A stretch of DNA of 62,999 nt from an uncultured Bacillota bacterium (GTDB lineage Bacteria; Bacillota_I; Bacilli_A; RF39; UBA660), in NCBI GenBank assembly GCA_946541645.1, contig CAMNJS010000001.1:1-62999 (forward strand), read 5' to 3'. The translations under genes were made by a program, and so were the position numbers. Under the pieces are notes generated by a model, which did no database searches, was not told the DNA's origin, and worked only from the letters and a program-made list of their open reading frames with translations. The first letter of the stretch is position 1. Every line of letters starts with the position of its first letter. Below, piece by piece: positions 49,439-58,357 of this stretch.

Positions 49439-50458
49439 ATGATTAAAGTAGCAATTAATGGTTTTGGTAGAATAGGAAGGCTAGTATTTAGAATAATGGA
49501 AGAAGATTCTGATTTTGACGTTATAGCCATAAACGACTTAACGGATCCTGAACAGCTCGCATACCTATTAAAATATGATACATCCCATAGAAGATACTTA
49601 GAAAATGAAATAACTTACGATGATGAAAATTTAATTGTCAAAGGTCGAAAAATTAAAGTTTACAAAGAAATGGATCCAAATAACCTTCCATGGAAAGAAC
49701 TAGATATAGATGCTGTCTATGAATGTACAGGTAAATTTACAGAAAAAGAAAAAGCTCAAGCCCATATAAATGCCGGAGCCAAAAAAGTTATTATTTCAGC
49801 CCCAGCCAAAGGAGACTTAAAAACCATAGTTTATGGTGTTAACGAGGACATACTAGACGCAAATGATACCATTATAAGTGCCGCTTCATGTACAACAAAC
49901 TGCCTAGCTCCAGTAGTTAATATACTAAATAAAGAATTTGGTATAAATAAAGGCTACATGACCACTGTTCACGCCTATACAAACGATCAGTCAATACTAG
50001 ATTTATCACATAAAAAAGGCGCAAAATCAAGAAGAGGAAGAGCTGCTGCAGCTAATATAATTCCATCATCAACAGGGGCCGCAAGTGCTCTAGGAAAAGT
50101 AATACCAGATTTAGGCGGAAAACTAGACGGTAGCGCTTTAAGAGTGCCTGTAACCACAGGCTCAGTTGTAGACTTAACACTAGAACTAGCGAGAAAAGTT
50201 ACAAAAGAAGAAATAAACGAAGCGTTCAAAAAAAATGTAAGTGACACCTTAGAATATACTATAGATCCAATAGTTTCAAGCGACGTTATAGGAAATACCC
50301 ATGGAGCTATAATCGATAGCTTACTTACTGACATATTAGAAACAGAAAACGGAGATTTAGTCAAAGTAGTAGCTTGGTATGACAACGAAATGGGCTATAG
50401 CGCTCAAATGGTAAGAACTGTCAAACATTTATGTCAAAAAACAAGAATTGATAATTAA
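49439..50458 (+). CDS. gap: Glyceraldehyde-3-phosphate dehydrogenase
   Basis: MIKVAINGFGRIGR, SCTTNCLAP and WYDNEMGYS motifs. ATG at 49439 follows AGGAAGG. Confidence 0.96.
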   Translation: MIKVAINGFGRIGRLVFRIMEEDSDFDVIAINDLTDPEQLAYLLKYDTSHRRYLENEITYDDENLIVKGRKIKVYKEMDPNNLPWKELDIDAVYECTGKFTEKEKAQAHINAGAKKVIISAPAKGDLKTIVYGVNEDILDANDTIISAASCTTNCLAPVVNILNKEFGINKGYMTTVHAYTNDQSILDLSHKKGAKSRRGRAAAANIIPSSTGAASALGKVIPDLGGKLDGSALRVPVTTGSVVDLTLELARKVTKEEINEAFKKNVSDTLEYTIDPIVSSDVIGNTHGAIIDSLLTDILETENGDLVKVVAWYDNEMGYSAQMVRTVKHLCQKTRIDN

Positions 50459-50486
50459 ATTTTATAATAAAAAAATAAATATATTT

Positions 50487-50514
50487 AACTTTAGAATTCT
50501 TCTAAAGTTTTTTA
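50487..50514 (+). terminator. Rho-independent terminator after gap
   Basis: AACTTTAGA-attct-TCTAAAGTT followed by TTTTT. Confidence 0.75.
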
Positions 50515-50595
50515 ATATATTACCAGCCCTTTTAAATTTAAAATACCTTGTTATTATAAAAAAAATGTTATAAAATAATATTAGGTGATTATAAT

Positions 50596-50937
50596 ATGAA
50601 AAATGGATTCACACTCGTTGAATTACTTGCTGTCCTAGTTGTCCTAGGCGTAATTACACTAGTATCTGTCCCAAGTATTATTACTACTAATAAAAAATCA
50701 ATTGAAAATGACTATAATGAATTTAAAAGAACAGTTGAAAATGCAGCTGAGATCTATATTGAAACTCACCCAGATAAAAAGCCATCAAACCAAACTCAAG
50801 TTTCTGTATCAATGTTAAAACATAGTGGCTACTTAGAAACTGGGCTAGTAAATCCTAAAAATGGCGAAATTAGTGAAAACGCATACGTCCTTGTAAGCAA
50901 AACCGGAAACAGTTATACATATGAATATAAGGAGTGA
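50596..50937 (+). CDS. Prepilin-type pseudopilin-like protein (P4), first gene of the pgk operon
   Basis: MKNG|FTLVELLAVLVVLGVITLVSVP and the GspG/ComGC-like MLKHSGYLETGLVNPKNGE. Upstream TGtTATAAA (50566-50574). The stop is 4 nt before the pgk ATG. Confidence 0.85.
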   Translation: MKNGFTLVELLAVLVVLGVITLVSVPSIITTNKKSIENDYNEFKRTVENAAEIYIETHPDKKPSNQTQVSVSMLKHSGYLETGLVNPKNGEISENAYVLVSKTGNSYTYEYKE

Positions 50938-50941
50938 TAAT

Positions 50942-52126
50942 ATGAAAAAAACAATCAAAGATTATGACTTAAAAGGTAAAAAAGTAATTATAAGATGTGA
51001 CTTCAACGTTCCAATAGAAGGCGGAGTAATAAAAGATGATAACCGAATTAGACAAAGCTTAAAGACTATTAGATATGCAAGAAAAATGGGCGCAAAAGTC
51101 ATTTTACTTTCACATTTGGGAAGAGTAAAAACCGAAGAAGATAAAGAAAAATATACCTTAAGACCAGTAGCTGAAGCATTATCAAAACTCTTAAGAAAGA
51201 AAGTTATATTTATAAATAAAACAAGAGGAAAAGAAGTAGAAGAAACCATAAAAAACATGAAGGAAAAAGATGTTATCCTACTAGAAAACACTAGATTTGA
51301 AGACTTAGAAAAGCAAAAAGAAAGTAAGAATGATAAAAGACTAGGAAAATACTGGGCTAGTTTAGGTGATATTTATATTAATGATGCCTTTGGAACTATT
51401 CATAGATCACACGCCTCAAATTTAGGAATAGCAAAACATCTAAAAAGTGGCGTTGGATTTCTTGTGGAAAAAGAAATAAAAGAACTTGAAAAACTTACTA
51501 AAAACCCTAAAAAACCATATACAATTATTCTAGGTGGTTCAAAAGTAAGTGACAAAATAAATTTGCTTAAAAATTTAAGTAAAAAAGCTGATTATATTTT
51601 AATAGGAGGCGGCATGGCCTTTACATTTTTAAATGCTGCTGGCTTCAATATAGGATCATCACTATGTGAAAAAGAAGAAATTCCATTTTGCAAGCAACTA
51701 TTAGAAGACTATCCAGACAAAATCATTTTACCAATTGATATAATTACAGCTAAAGAAATAAAACAAAATGTTAAAACTAAAAATCGCTTTGTAAACGAAA
51801 TAGAAGAAGATGAGATAGGGTTAGACATTGGTAAGAAAACTCTAGAAGTATTCAAACAATATATTGACGACAGTAAAACCATCTTTTGGAATGGGCCTAT
51901 GGGATACTTTGAAATAAAAGATTTCTCTAAAGGGACAAAAGGGTTATGTGAAGTTATAGCAAATTCAAAGGCTTATAAAATAATAGGTGGCGGTGACACC
52001 GCAAGAGCTGTAACTGAAATGGGATATGAAAAGAAAGTAAACCATATATCAACTGGCGGAGGAGCAAGCCTTACATTTCTGGAAGGAGTAAAGCTCAAAG
52101 CTTTAGATAGTATTAATGAAAAATAA
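50942..52126 (+). CDS. pgk: Phosphoglycerate kinase
   Basis: VIIRCDFNVP, SHLGR and GGGDTA motifs. ATG at 50942 follows AAGGAG. Confidence 0.95.
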   Translation: MKKTIKDYDLKGKKVIIRCDFNVPIEGGVIKDDNRIRQSLKTIRYARKMGAKVILLSHLGRVKTEEDKEKYTLRPVAEALSKLLRKKVIFINKTRGKEVEETIKNMKEKDVILLENTRFEDLEKQKESKNDKRLGKYWASLGDIYINDAFGTIHRSHASNLGIAKHLKSGVGFLVEKEIKELEKLTKNPKKPYTIILGGSKVSDKINLLKNLSKKADYILIGGGMAFTFLNAAGFNIGSSLCEKEEIPFCKQLLEDYPDKIILPIDIITAKEIKQNVKTKNRFVNEIEEDEIGLDIGKKTLEVFKQYIDDSKTIFWNGPMGYFEIKDFSKGTKGLCEVIANSKAYKIIGGGDTARAVTEMGYEKKVNHISTGGGASLTFLEGVKLKALDSINEK

Positions 52127-53117
52127 CAAAAGAAATTACATAATTATACTTCTTTTAACTGCCATAATCTTATATTTAGTTTTTAAAGATAATTTCACAG
52201 AAAAAATAAAATACTTATTTTCATTTGATATAAAATGGTTACTATTTGCTTTTATTCTAATGATTTCGTATTGGGTTTTAAAAGGCATAGTTTTATACTA
52301 TTGTGTAAAAAAAATTGATAAAACATACACTAGAAAAAAAGGAATTAATTTAATGCTAACAACCCAATTTTTTCACGCTATAACCCCATTTTCAACCGGT
52401 GGACAGCCCTGGCAAATATACAAGTTAAAAAAAGAAGGACTTACACTAGGAGAAAGTACAACTATAATAGTAGAAGACTTTATCGTATACCAAATTGCCC
52501 TAGTGTCTTTAGGACTAATTGCCGTTGTTGTAAATAACACATTTAATATACTATCAAAAGACAGTTTTTTAAAATATCTAGTTACGATCGGCTTTATAAT
52601 AAATGCTTTAATAATAGTACTTTTATTTTTAGTCGCCTTTAATAAAAAATGGAACAAAAAGATAATAAATGGAACAATAAATTTTGGAGCCAAAATTAAG
52701 GTCATAAAAGATAAAGAAAGCCTATTAAAAAAGGCAGAAAATTTTATAAATAATTTTCACAAAAGTGCAGATATACTATTCAAGCACAAATTAAATTTTA
52801 TAAAAATTATACTGCTAAATTTTTTTGCTCTTTCACTACTATACTTAATTCCTTATGCCCTTATGCGAGGATTAAACATAAATGCAAATCCATTTATTGT
52901 CGTAATAACATCAGCATATGTTATGTTGATAGGTGGAGTAGTTCCAGTTCCAGGCGCAGCGGGAGGCCTTGAATATAGTTTTATGTCATTTTTTAAAAAT
53001 TTCATCAAAGGCCCAAAACTATCCATTATAATGATTGTTTGGAGAATAATAACTTACTATTTTGGACTTATAATTGGATTATTCATTTTAAGCTTTTGCG
53101 AGGAGGATAATAAATGA
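52116..53117 (+). CDS. UPF0104 / MprF-like flippase-domain membrane protein
   Basis: About 8 TM helices with TPFSTGGQPWQIY and VPVPGAAGGLE motifs. Overlaps the pgk stop by 11 nt. Confidence 0.7.
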   Translation: MKNNKRNYIIILLLTAIILYLVFKDNFTEKIKYLFSFDIKWLLFAFILMISYWVLKGIVLYYCVKKIDKTYTRKKGINLMLTTQFFHAITPFSTGGQPWQIYKLKKEGLTLGESTTIIVEDFIVYQIALVSLGLIAVVVNNTFNILSKDSFLKYLVTIGFIINALIIVLLFLVAFNKKWNKKIINGTINFGAKIKVIKDKESLLKKAENFINNFHKSADILFKHKLNFIKIILLNFFALSLLYLIPYALMRGLNINANPFIVVITSAYVMLIGGVVPVPGAAGGLEYSFMSFFKNFIKGPKLSIIMIVWRIITYYFGLIIGLFILSFCEEDNK

Positions 53118-54346
53118 GAATAGGAATTTTTACTGAGACATATACTCCTTATATCAGTGGACTAGTAACCAGTGAACTCATGCTAAAAAAAGCTCTAGAA
53201 AAAAAAGGACACGAAGTTTATGTCGTTACAGCCAACTTAGATAGTTTTGAATATGAATATGATGAAAAAGAAAAGGTACTTAGAATTCCAGGAATTCCAA
53301 CTGGAATATATAACGCGAGACTAACCAGTATTTATCCAATTCAATCATTAAATAAAATAAAAAGCTGGCATCTTGACATTATTCACTCACAAACAGAGTT
53401 TGGAATCGGTTCATTTGCCAGATTATTTGCTAAACAATATAACATTCCCATAGTGCATACATATCACACTATGTATGAAGATTATGTACACTATATAACC
53501 AAAGGCCACTTCAATCGATCAAGTAAAAAAATAGTTGAATATTTAACAAAATTTTATTGCGATAAAACCATAAGTGAACTAATTGTACCCACAAAAAAAG
53601 CATATGACCTGTTCAAAGAAAAATACAATGTTAAAAGAAACATTCACATAATTCCAACCGGAATTGAAGTTGATAGATTTTACAGAGAAAATCAAGACAT
53701 CAAGAAAATCCAAGAATTAAAAAAGAAATACAACATAAAAAAAACAGACTTTACCTTGATTTTTGTAGGCAGAATAGCTGAAGAAAAAAATATACCATTT
53801 ATAATTGACGTAGTTTCAAATATAGCTGAAAAAAATAAAAATTTAAAATTATTAATAATTGGAGATGGTCCTGATAAAGCAAAATACGAAACATACGTTA
53901 AAGAAAAAAAAGCCGAAAAAAACATACTATTTACTGGAAAAGTATCGTGGGAAGATATTCCGGCCTACTACGCAATAGGAAATGTCTTTATTTCGGCCTC
54001 AACCACAGAAACCCAAGGTCTCACAATTATTGAAGCCATGGCCTCATCACTTCCAGCCTTATGCATTGATGATGAAAGTTTTAATGGAACTGTTATTGAT
54101 GATCTAAATGGCTACCTATTTAAAGATAAAGCAGAATGCGAAAAGACAATATTAAGAATTATAAATAAGCAAAAAGATTTAGAAAGGTTAAGTAAAGGCG
54201 CTAGAAACAGTGCTGACAAACATTCATCAAAATATTTTGCTGAAAGAGTATTAGACGTGTATAGAATAGCTATAAAAAATAAAAAACCAAGTTATAAAGA
54301 AAAAATAAGTAAATTCTTTAAAAAGGTGATACCATGGAAAAAATGA
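53114..54346 (+). CDS. GT4 glycosyltransferase, diacylglycerol glucosyltransferase (alMGS)-like
   Basis: MRIGIFTETYTPYISGLVTS N-terminus and the E..G....EAMA motif (TETQGLTIIEAMAS). ATGA overlap with the upstream gene. Confidence 0.75.
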   Translation: MRIGIFTETYTPYISGLVTSELMLKKALEKKGHEVYVVTANLDSFEYEYDEKEKVLRIPGIPTGIYNARLTSIYPIQSLNKIKSWHLDIIHSQTEFGIGSFARLFAKQYNIPIVHTYHTMYEDYVHYITKGHFNRSSKKIVEYLTKFYCDKTISELIVPTKKAYDLFKEKYNVKRNIHIIPTGIEVDRFYRENQDIKKIQELKKKYNIKKTDFTLIFVGRIAEEKNIPFIIDVVSNIAEKNKNLKLLIIGDGPDKAKYETYVKEKKAEKNILFTGKVSWEDIPAYYAIGNVFISASTTETQGLTIIEAMASSLPALCIDDESFNGTVIDDLNGYLFKDKAECEKTILRIINKQKDLERLSKGARNSADKHSSKYFAERVLDVYRIAIKNKKPSYKEKISKFFKKVIPWKK

Positions 54347-55014
54347 TATTTGTAAATCAAAAAATGTATTTAGATAGTATAAGTGACATAAAAAAGTTTC
54401 AAAACGAAACAATTGATTATAAAGATAAATTTATTATCTTTCCGTCTGATATATACCTAAGTGATTATATAAGCAAAGGATTTACTGTTGGTAGTCAAAA
54501 CATATCACCAGAAGATAGTGGGGCCCATACTGGGCAAATATCTGGAAAGGCCTTAAAAGATTTAGATGTTAGTTATGTAATGATTGGCCACTATGAAGTT
54601 TGTAAACATTATAAGGAAAAATGTGTCAGGATTCAAGAAAGAATAAATCAAGCGATAAAAAACAATCTAAAAGTAGTTTTATGTGTTGGTGAGAATATTG
54701 AAGAAAAAACAAACGGCCAAACAAAAGAAACAATAAAAAGAAAACTAGAAAATTTAGATTTAAATGAAAATATAATTATTTCCTATGAACCAGTATGGTC
54801 CATAGGTACAGATCTTACCCCAACAAATGAAGAAATAGAAGATATTGTAAATTACATAAAAACATTTAAAAACGTAAAAGTCCTATATGGTGGAAGCGTT
54901 GGCCCAAACAATATTGATATATTAAATAAAATCCCAAATTTAAATGGATTTTTACTAGGTAGTCACGCCTTACAAAGTAGTAATTTAAAAAAAATAATAG
55001 AAGTTGTACAATAA
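54334..55014 (+). CDS. tpiA: Triose-phosphate isomerase, short and divergent
   Basis: Asn/Lys (VNQKMY), His (IGHYE) and Glu (YEPVWSIGT) catalytic positions are present, plus YGGSV. Several phosphate-loop positions deviate from consensus. Overlaps the GT4 stop. Confidence 0.7.
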   Translation: MEKMIFVNQKMYLDSISDIKKFQNETIDYKDKFIIFPSDIYLSDYISKGFTVGSQNISPEDSGAHTGQISGKALKDLDVSYVMIGHYEVCKHYKEKCVRIQERINQAIKNNLKVVLCVGENIEEKTNGQTKETIKRKLENLDLNENIIISYEPVWSIGTDLTPTNEEIEDIVNYIKTFKNVKVLYGGSVGPNNIDILNKIPNLNGFLLGSHALQSSNLKKIIEVVQ

Positions 55015-55115
55015 CTTCTTTTTAATTAATAAAAAATCGACAAAATTAGCTATTTTTTACTCTAGAAAACAGTGTAAAGATTTTGTATAATTTGAATAGT
55101 AAAGGAGAATAAAAC

Positions 55116-55877
55116 ATGAAAACAAATATTTTAATGATTGATGACAATAAAAATCTAATTGACATGGTGAAGGAGTATTTTAAGAATAATGAAAATATAA
55201 ACATAGTCTTCGAAGCCTATGACGGAGAAGAAGGTATAGAACAATTAGAAAAAAATAGTGAAAACATAGATTTAATACTCTTAGACTTAATAATGCCAAA
55301 TAAAGATGGATTTTACGTTTTAAACGAAATGAAAAAAAGAGGCATGAATAAAAAAGTAATTGTAGCGACAAGTTATAATGCCGCCGAAGTAATTAGAGAA
55401 GTATCAGAATATGGTGTTAGTTATTATGTTTTAAAACCTTTTGATCTAAATATATTAGAAAAGAGAATACACGACATTACAAATAAAAAAGAAGAAACAG
55501 AAGACATCGACTTTTATGCAAGCAACCTTCAAGTTTCTATTACTAAAATGCTACATGAACTTGGAATTCCATCACACATAAAAGGATATGGATACATCAG
55601 AGAAGCTGTTTGTATTATATTTGAAAATCCTGAAATAATAGGTGGAATAACAAAAGAGTTATATCCTGCACTAGCTTCAAAATTCAACACAACTGTGTCG
55701 CGAGTAGAAAGAGCAATTCGTCATGCTATTGAAGTGAGCTGGAATAGGGGTAACTTAGATTTCATGGAAGAATTATTCGGCTATAGTGTAGATATAGATA
55801 AAGCAAAACCGACAAATTCAGAATTTATGGTTACCATTGCCGACAAATTAAGATTAGATTTTCATAAAGTAAGCTAA
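55116..55877 (+). CDS. spo0A: Sporulation master regulator Spo0A
   Basis: Receiver domain (DDN..., LDLIMP) plus the Spo0A-specific C-terminus: [19 protein letters not shown] and [15 protein letters not shown]. Confidence 0.95.
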   Translation: MKTNILMIDDNKNLIDMVKEYFKNNENINIVFEAYDGEEGIEQLEKNSENIDLILLDLIMPNKDGFYVLNEMKKRGMNKKVIVATSYNAAEVIREVSEYGVSYYVLKPFDLNILEKRIHDITNKKEETEDIDFYASNLQVSITKMLHELGIPSHIKGYGYIREAVCIIFENPEIIGGITKELYPALASKFNTTVSRVERAIRHAIEVSWNRGNLDFMEELFGYSVDIDKAKPTNSEFMVTIADKLRLDFHKVS

Positions 55878-55921
55878 TCTTTTTTTTCTATAAAAAATAT
55901 GTTAAAATTATATTAGGTGAT

Positions 55922-56263
55922 ATGATGAAAAATAAAGGATTTACTCTAATGGAACTTTTAGGAAGCATTACTATACTAGCCTTAATTGCTCTAATAGTTT
56001 TTCCAGCCATATTAAATATGCTAGGTGATTCACAAAGTAAAATAGATAAAGCAAAGCAAGACTATGTAATAAGCGCAGCTAGAGAATATGTAAAAGATAA
56101 TGATTTAGAAGTTAATACAACCATTAGCATTGACGTAGATATATTAATTAAAAAAAATTATTTAAAAGAAAACATGATTGATGAAGAAATGACAAACGAT
56201 AGCGTTACATGTACTAAAATTGATGGTACTATAACTTATAAGTATAATGAAGAAAGTGATTAA
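55922..56263 (+). CDS. Prepilin-type pseudopilin-like protein (P5)
   Basis: MMKNKG|FTLMELLGSITILALIALIVFP and AAREYV...LIKKNYL. Upstream TGtTAAAAT (55900-55908). Confidence 0.85.
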   Translation: MMKNKGFTLMELLGSITILALIALIVFPAILNMLGDSQSKIDKAKQDYVISAAREYVKDNDLEVNTTISIDVDILIKKNYLKENMIDEEMTNDSVTCTKIDGTITYKYNEESD

Positions 56264-56275
56264 TTCACTTTTTTC
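56254..56275 (+). terminator. Rho-independent terminator overlapping the P5 stop
   Basis: AAGTGA-ttaat-TCACTT followed by TTTT. Confidence 0.6.
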
Positions 56276-56304
56276 TTGATAAAAAAAGAATATTATAATA
56301 TAAT
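56276..56304 (+). promoter_or_regulatory. Sigma-A type promoter for dus
   Basis: TTGATA (56276-56281), 17-nt spacer, TATAAT (56299-56304). Confidence 0.65.
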
Positions 56305-56320
56305 GTTCCTGGTGATTTTC

Positions 56321-57280
56321 ATGTGGAAAATTGGAAATGTAGAAATAAAAAATCAAGTAGTTCTAGCCCCAATGGCTGGAATTTCTAATAGTGCCTTTAG
56401 AACTATTGCTAAAGAAATGGGATGCGGCCTAGTAGTTGCCGAAATGGTTAGCGATAAAGCCATATGCTATGGCAGCAGAAAAACAATAGATATGCTTTAT
56501 ATGACTGATTTCGAAAGACCCATTTCCCAGCAAATATTTGGTTCAGATAAAGAATCATTTGTTAAAGCAGCTAAATTCATTGAAAAAAATATGCACCCAG
56601 ACATTATTGATATTAATATGGGCTGCCCAGTACCCAAAGTAGCCATATCTGCTCAAGCCGGAAGTGCTTTACTTAAAAATACAGAAAAAGTAGGAGAAAT
56701 AGTAAAAGCTATAGTAGAAACAGTGAACATCCCAGTCACAGTAAAAATAAGAAGCGGATGGGATACAAATAGTATAAATGCCGTAGAAATCGCTAAAATA
56801 TGCGAAAAATCTGGCGCTAAGGCAATAACCGTTCACGGTAGAACTAGAAGTCAAGGATATAGTGGAAGGGCAGATTTAGACATAATAAAAAAAGTAAAAG
56901 AAAGTGTCCATATTCCAGTTATAGGAAACGGTGATATTAAATCAGAAGAAGACGCAAAATACATGTTAGATTATACAGGATGTGACGCTATCATGATTGG
57001 AAGAGGTGTACTAGGAAATCCATGGCTTATAAAAAACACGATTGACTACTTAAAAAATGGTAAAAAAAATGAAAAGCCTTCAGTTCAAGACATAAAAAAT
57101 ATGATTAAAAAACATTTCAAATACTTACTGAAAATCAAAGCAGAAAAAACAGCTTTATTAGAAATGCGCACTCAAACTGCATATTATTTAAAAGGCCTTC
57201 CTAATACAGCAAAAATAAAAGAAAAGATATTTAAAACAAAAACAAAAGATGAATTTCTAAAAATTATAGATGAAATTTAA
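56321..57280 (+). CDS. dus: tRNA-dihydrouridine synthase
   Basis: VVLAPMAGISN, IDINMGCP and HGRTR motifs. ATG at 56321 follows GGTGA; the track start is a TTG inside the promoter. Confidence 0.9.
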   Translation: MWKIGNVEIKNQVVLAPMAGISNSAFRTIAKEMGCGLVVAEMVSDKAICYGSRKTIDMLYMTDFERPISQQIFGSDKESFVKAAKFIEKNMHPDIIDINMGCPVPKVAISAQAGSALLKNTEKVGEIVKAIVETVNIPVTVKIRSGWDTNSINAVEIAKICEKSGAKAITVHGRTRSQGYSGRADLDIIKKVKESVHIPVIGNGDIKSEEDAKYMLDYTGCDAIMIGRGVLGNPWLIKNTIDYLKNGKKNEKPSVQDIKNMIKKHFKYLLKIKAEKTALLEMRTQTAYYLKGLPNTAKIKEKIFKTKTKDEFLKIIDEI

Positions 57281-57303
57281 GTGAATAATTCATTCACTTT
57301 TAA
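57279..57303 (+). terminator. Rho-independent terminator
   Basis: AAGTGAAT-aatt-CATTCACTT followed by TT. Confidence 0.65.
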
Positions 57304-57370
57304 TTTATAAATTTTCTTGAGTTAATTAGAAAAAATATTGTATAATAAAAACATAGAAAGTGTGATTTAA

Positions 57371-58342
57371 ATGTTTTTTAAACAAAGTATATATAAACAA
57401 ATATATAATAAAATAAAAAAAGCAGATACAATTATTTTAGCTCGTCATGTAGGGCCGGATCCTGATGCCCTAGGCAGCTCATTAGGATTAAAACAAATAA
57501 TATTAGATAACTTTCCTAATAAAAAAGTATATTCAATTGGCTCACCAGCTGCCAAATTTAATTATCTAGGTAAAGTAGACAAACTGCCTGAAGATATAAA
57601 CAATAATAATGTATTGTTAATAGTAACAGATACCCCTGATCATCGTAGGGTAGATGGCGTAGACCCAAGAAATTTCCCGAATTCTATAAAAATAGATCAT
57701 CACCCATTTGTTGAAAAAATTTGTGATTTAGAATGGATTGATGATACAGCATCTAGTGCTTCACAAATGGTTTTAGAATTAGTTTTTGAAGCAGGATTAC
57801 GCTTAAGAACCGAAGCTGCTGAGAAACTATATGCTGGCATTGTTGCTGACACGGAAAGATTTATGTTTTCTTATTCAGATTCAAAAACATTTGCCCTTAT
57901 AAGTAGAATGCTAAATGAAACAAAACTTGATATTACAAAAGTATATAATAATATGTATTTAAGGGAATATAAAGAAATAAAATTTCATGGTTTCATGTCT
58001 CAAAACTATAGTATTACCGAAAATAAAGTTGGTTATATTATTATAAACGAAGAAATATTAAAAGAATATGACGTTGATGCAGCAACACCTGGCAATATGA
58101 TTAACAGTTTCAATTATATAAATGAAATGCTTGTATGGGTAACCGCAACATTAGATAAAGAATTAGGGAGTTTTCGCGTCTCAATTAGATCAAGAGGTCC
58201 AATTATAAATGAAGTCGCCGTAAAACATGGAGGCGGAGGCCACATATACGCAAGTGGAACAAGACTAAAAACTGAAGAAGAAATAAAGAATCTTATTAAA
58301 GATTTAGATAAAGTTACAAGTGATTACATAAAAAATCTCTAA
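57371..58342 (+). CDS. nrnA: DHH/DHHA1 phosphoesterase (NrnA-type oligoribonuclease/pAp phosphatase)
   Basis: ARHVGPDPDALGSS, TDTPD, IDHH and GGGGHIYASG motifs. Confidence 0.82.
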   Translation: MFFKQSIYKQIYNKIKKADTIILARHVGPDPDALGSSLGLKQIILDNFPNKKVYSIGSPAAKFNYLGKVDKLPEDINNNNVLLIVTDTPDHRRVDGVDPRNFPNSIKIDHHPFVEKICDLEWIDDTASSASQMVLELVFEAGLRLRTEAAEKLYAGIVADTERFMFSYSDSKTFALISRMLNETKLDITKVYNNMYLREYKEIKFHGFMSQNYSITENKVGYIIINEEILKEYDVDAATPGNMINSFNYINEMLVWVTATLDKELGSFRVSIRSRGPIINEVAVKHGGGGHIYASGTRLKTEEEIKNLIKDLDKVTSDYIKNL

Positions 58343-58357
58343 AATAGAGATTTTTTT
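58331..58357. terminator. Bidirectional rho-independent terminator
   Basis: AAATCTCT-aaaat-AGAGATTT flanked by A and T runs, between convergent genes. Confidence 0.7.
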
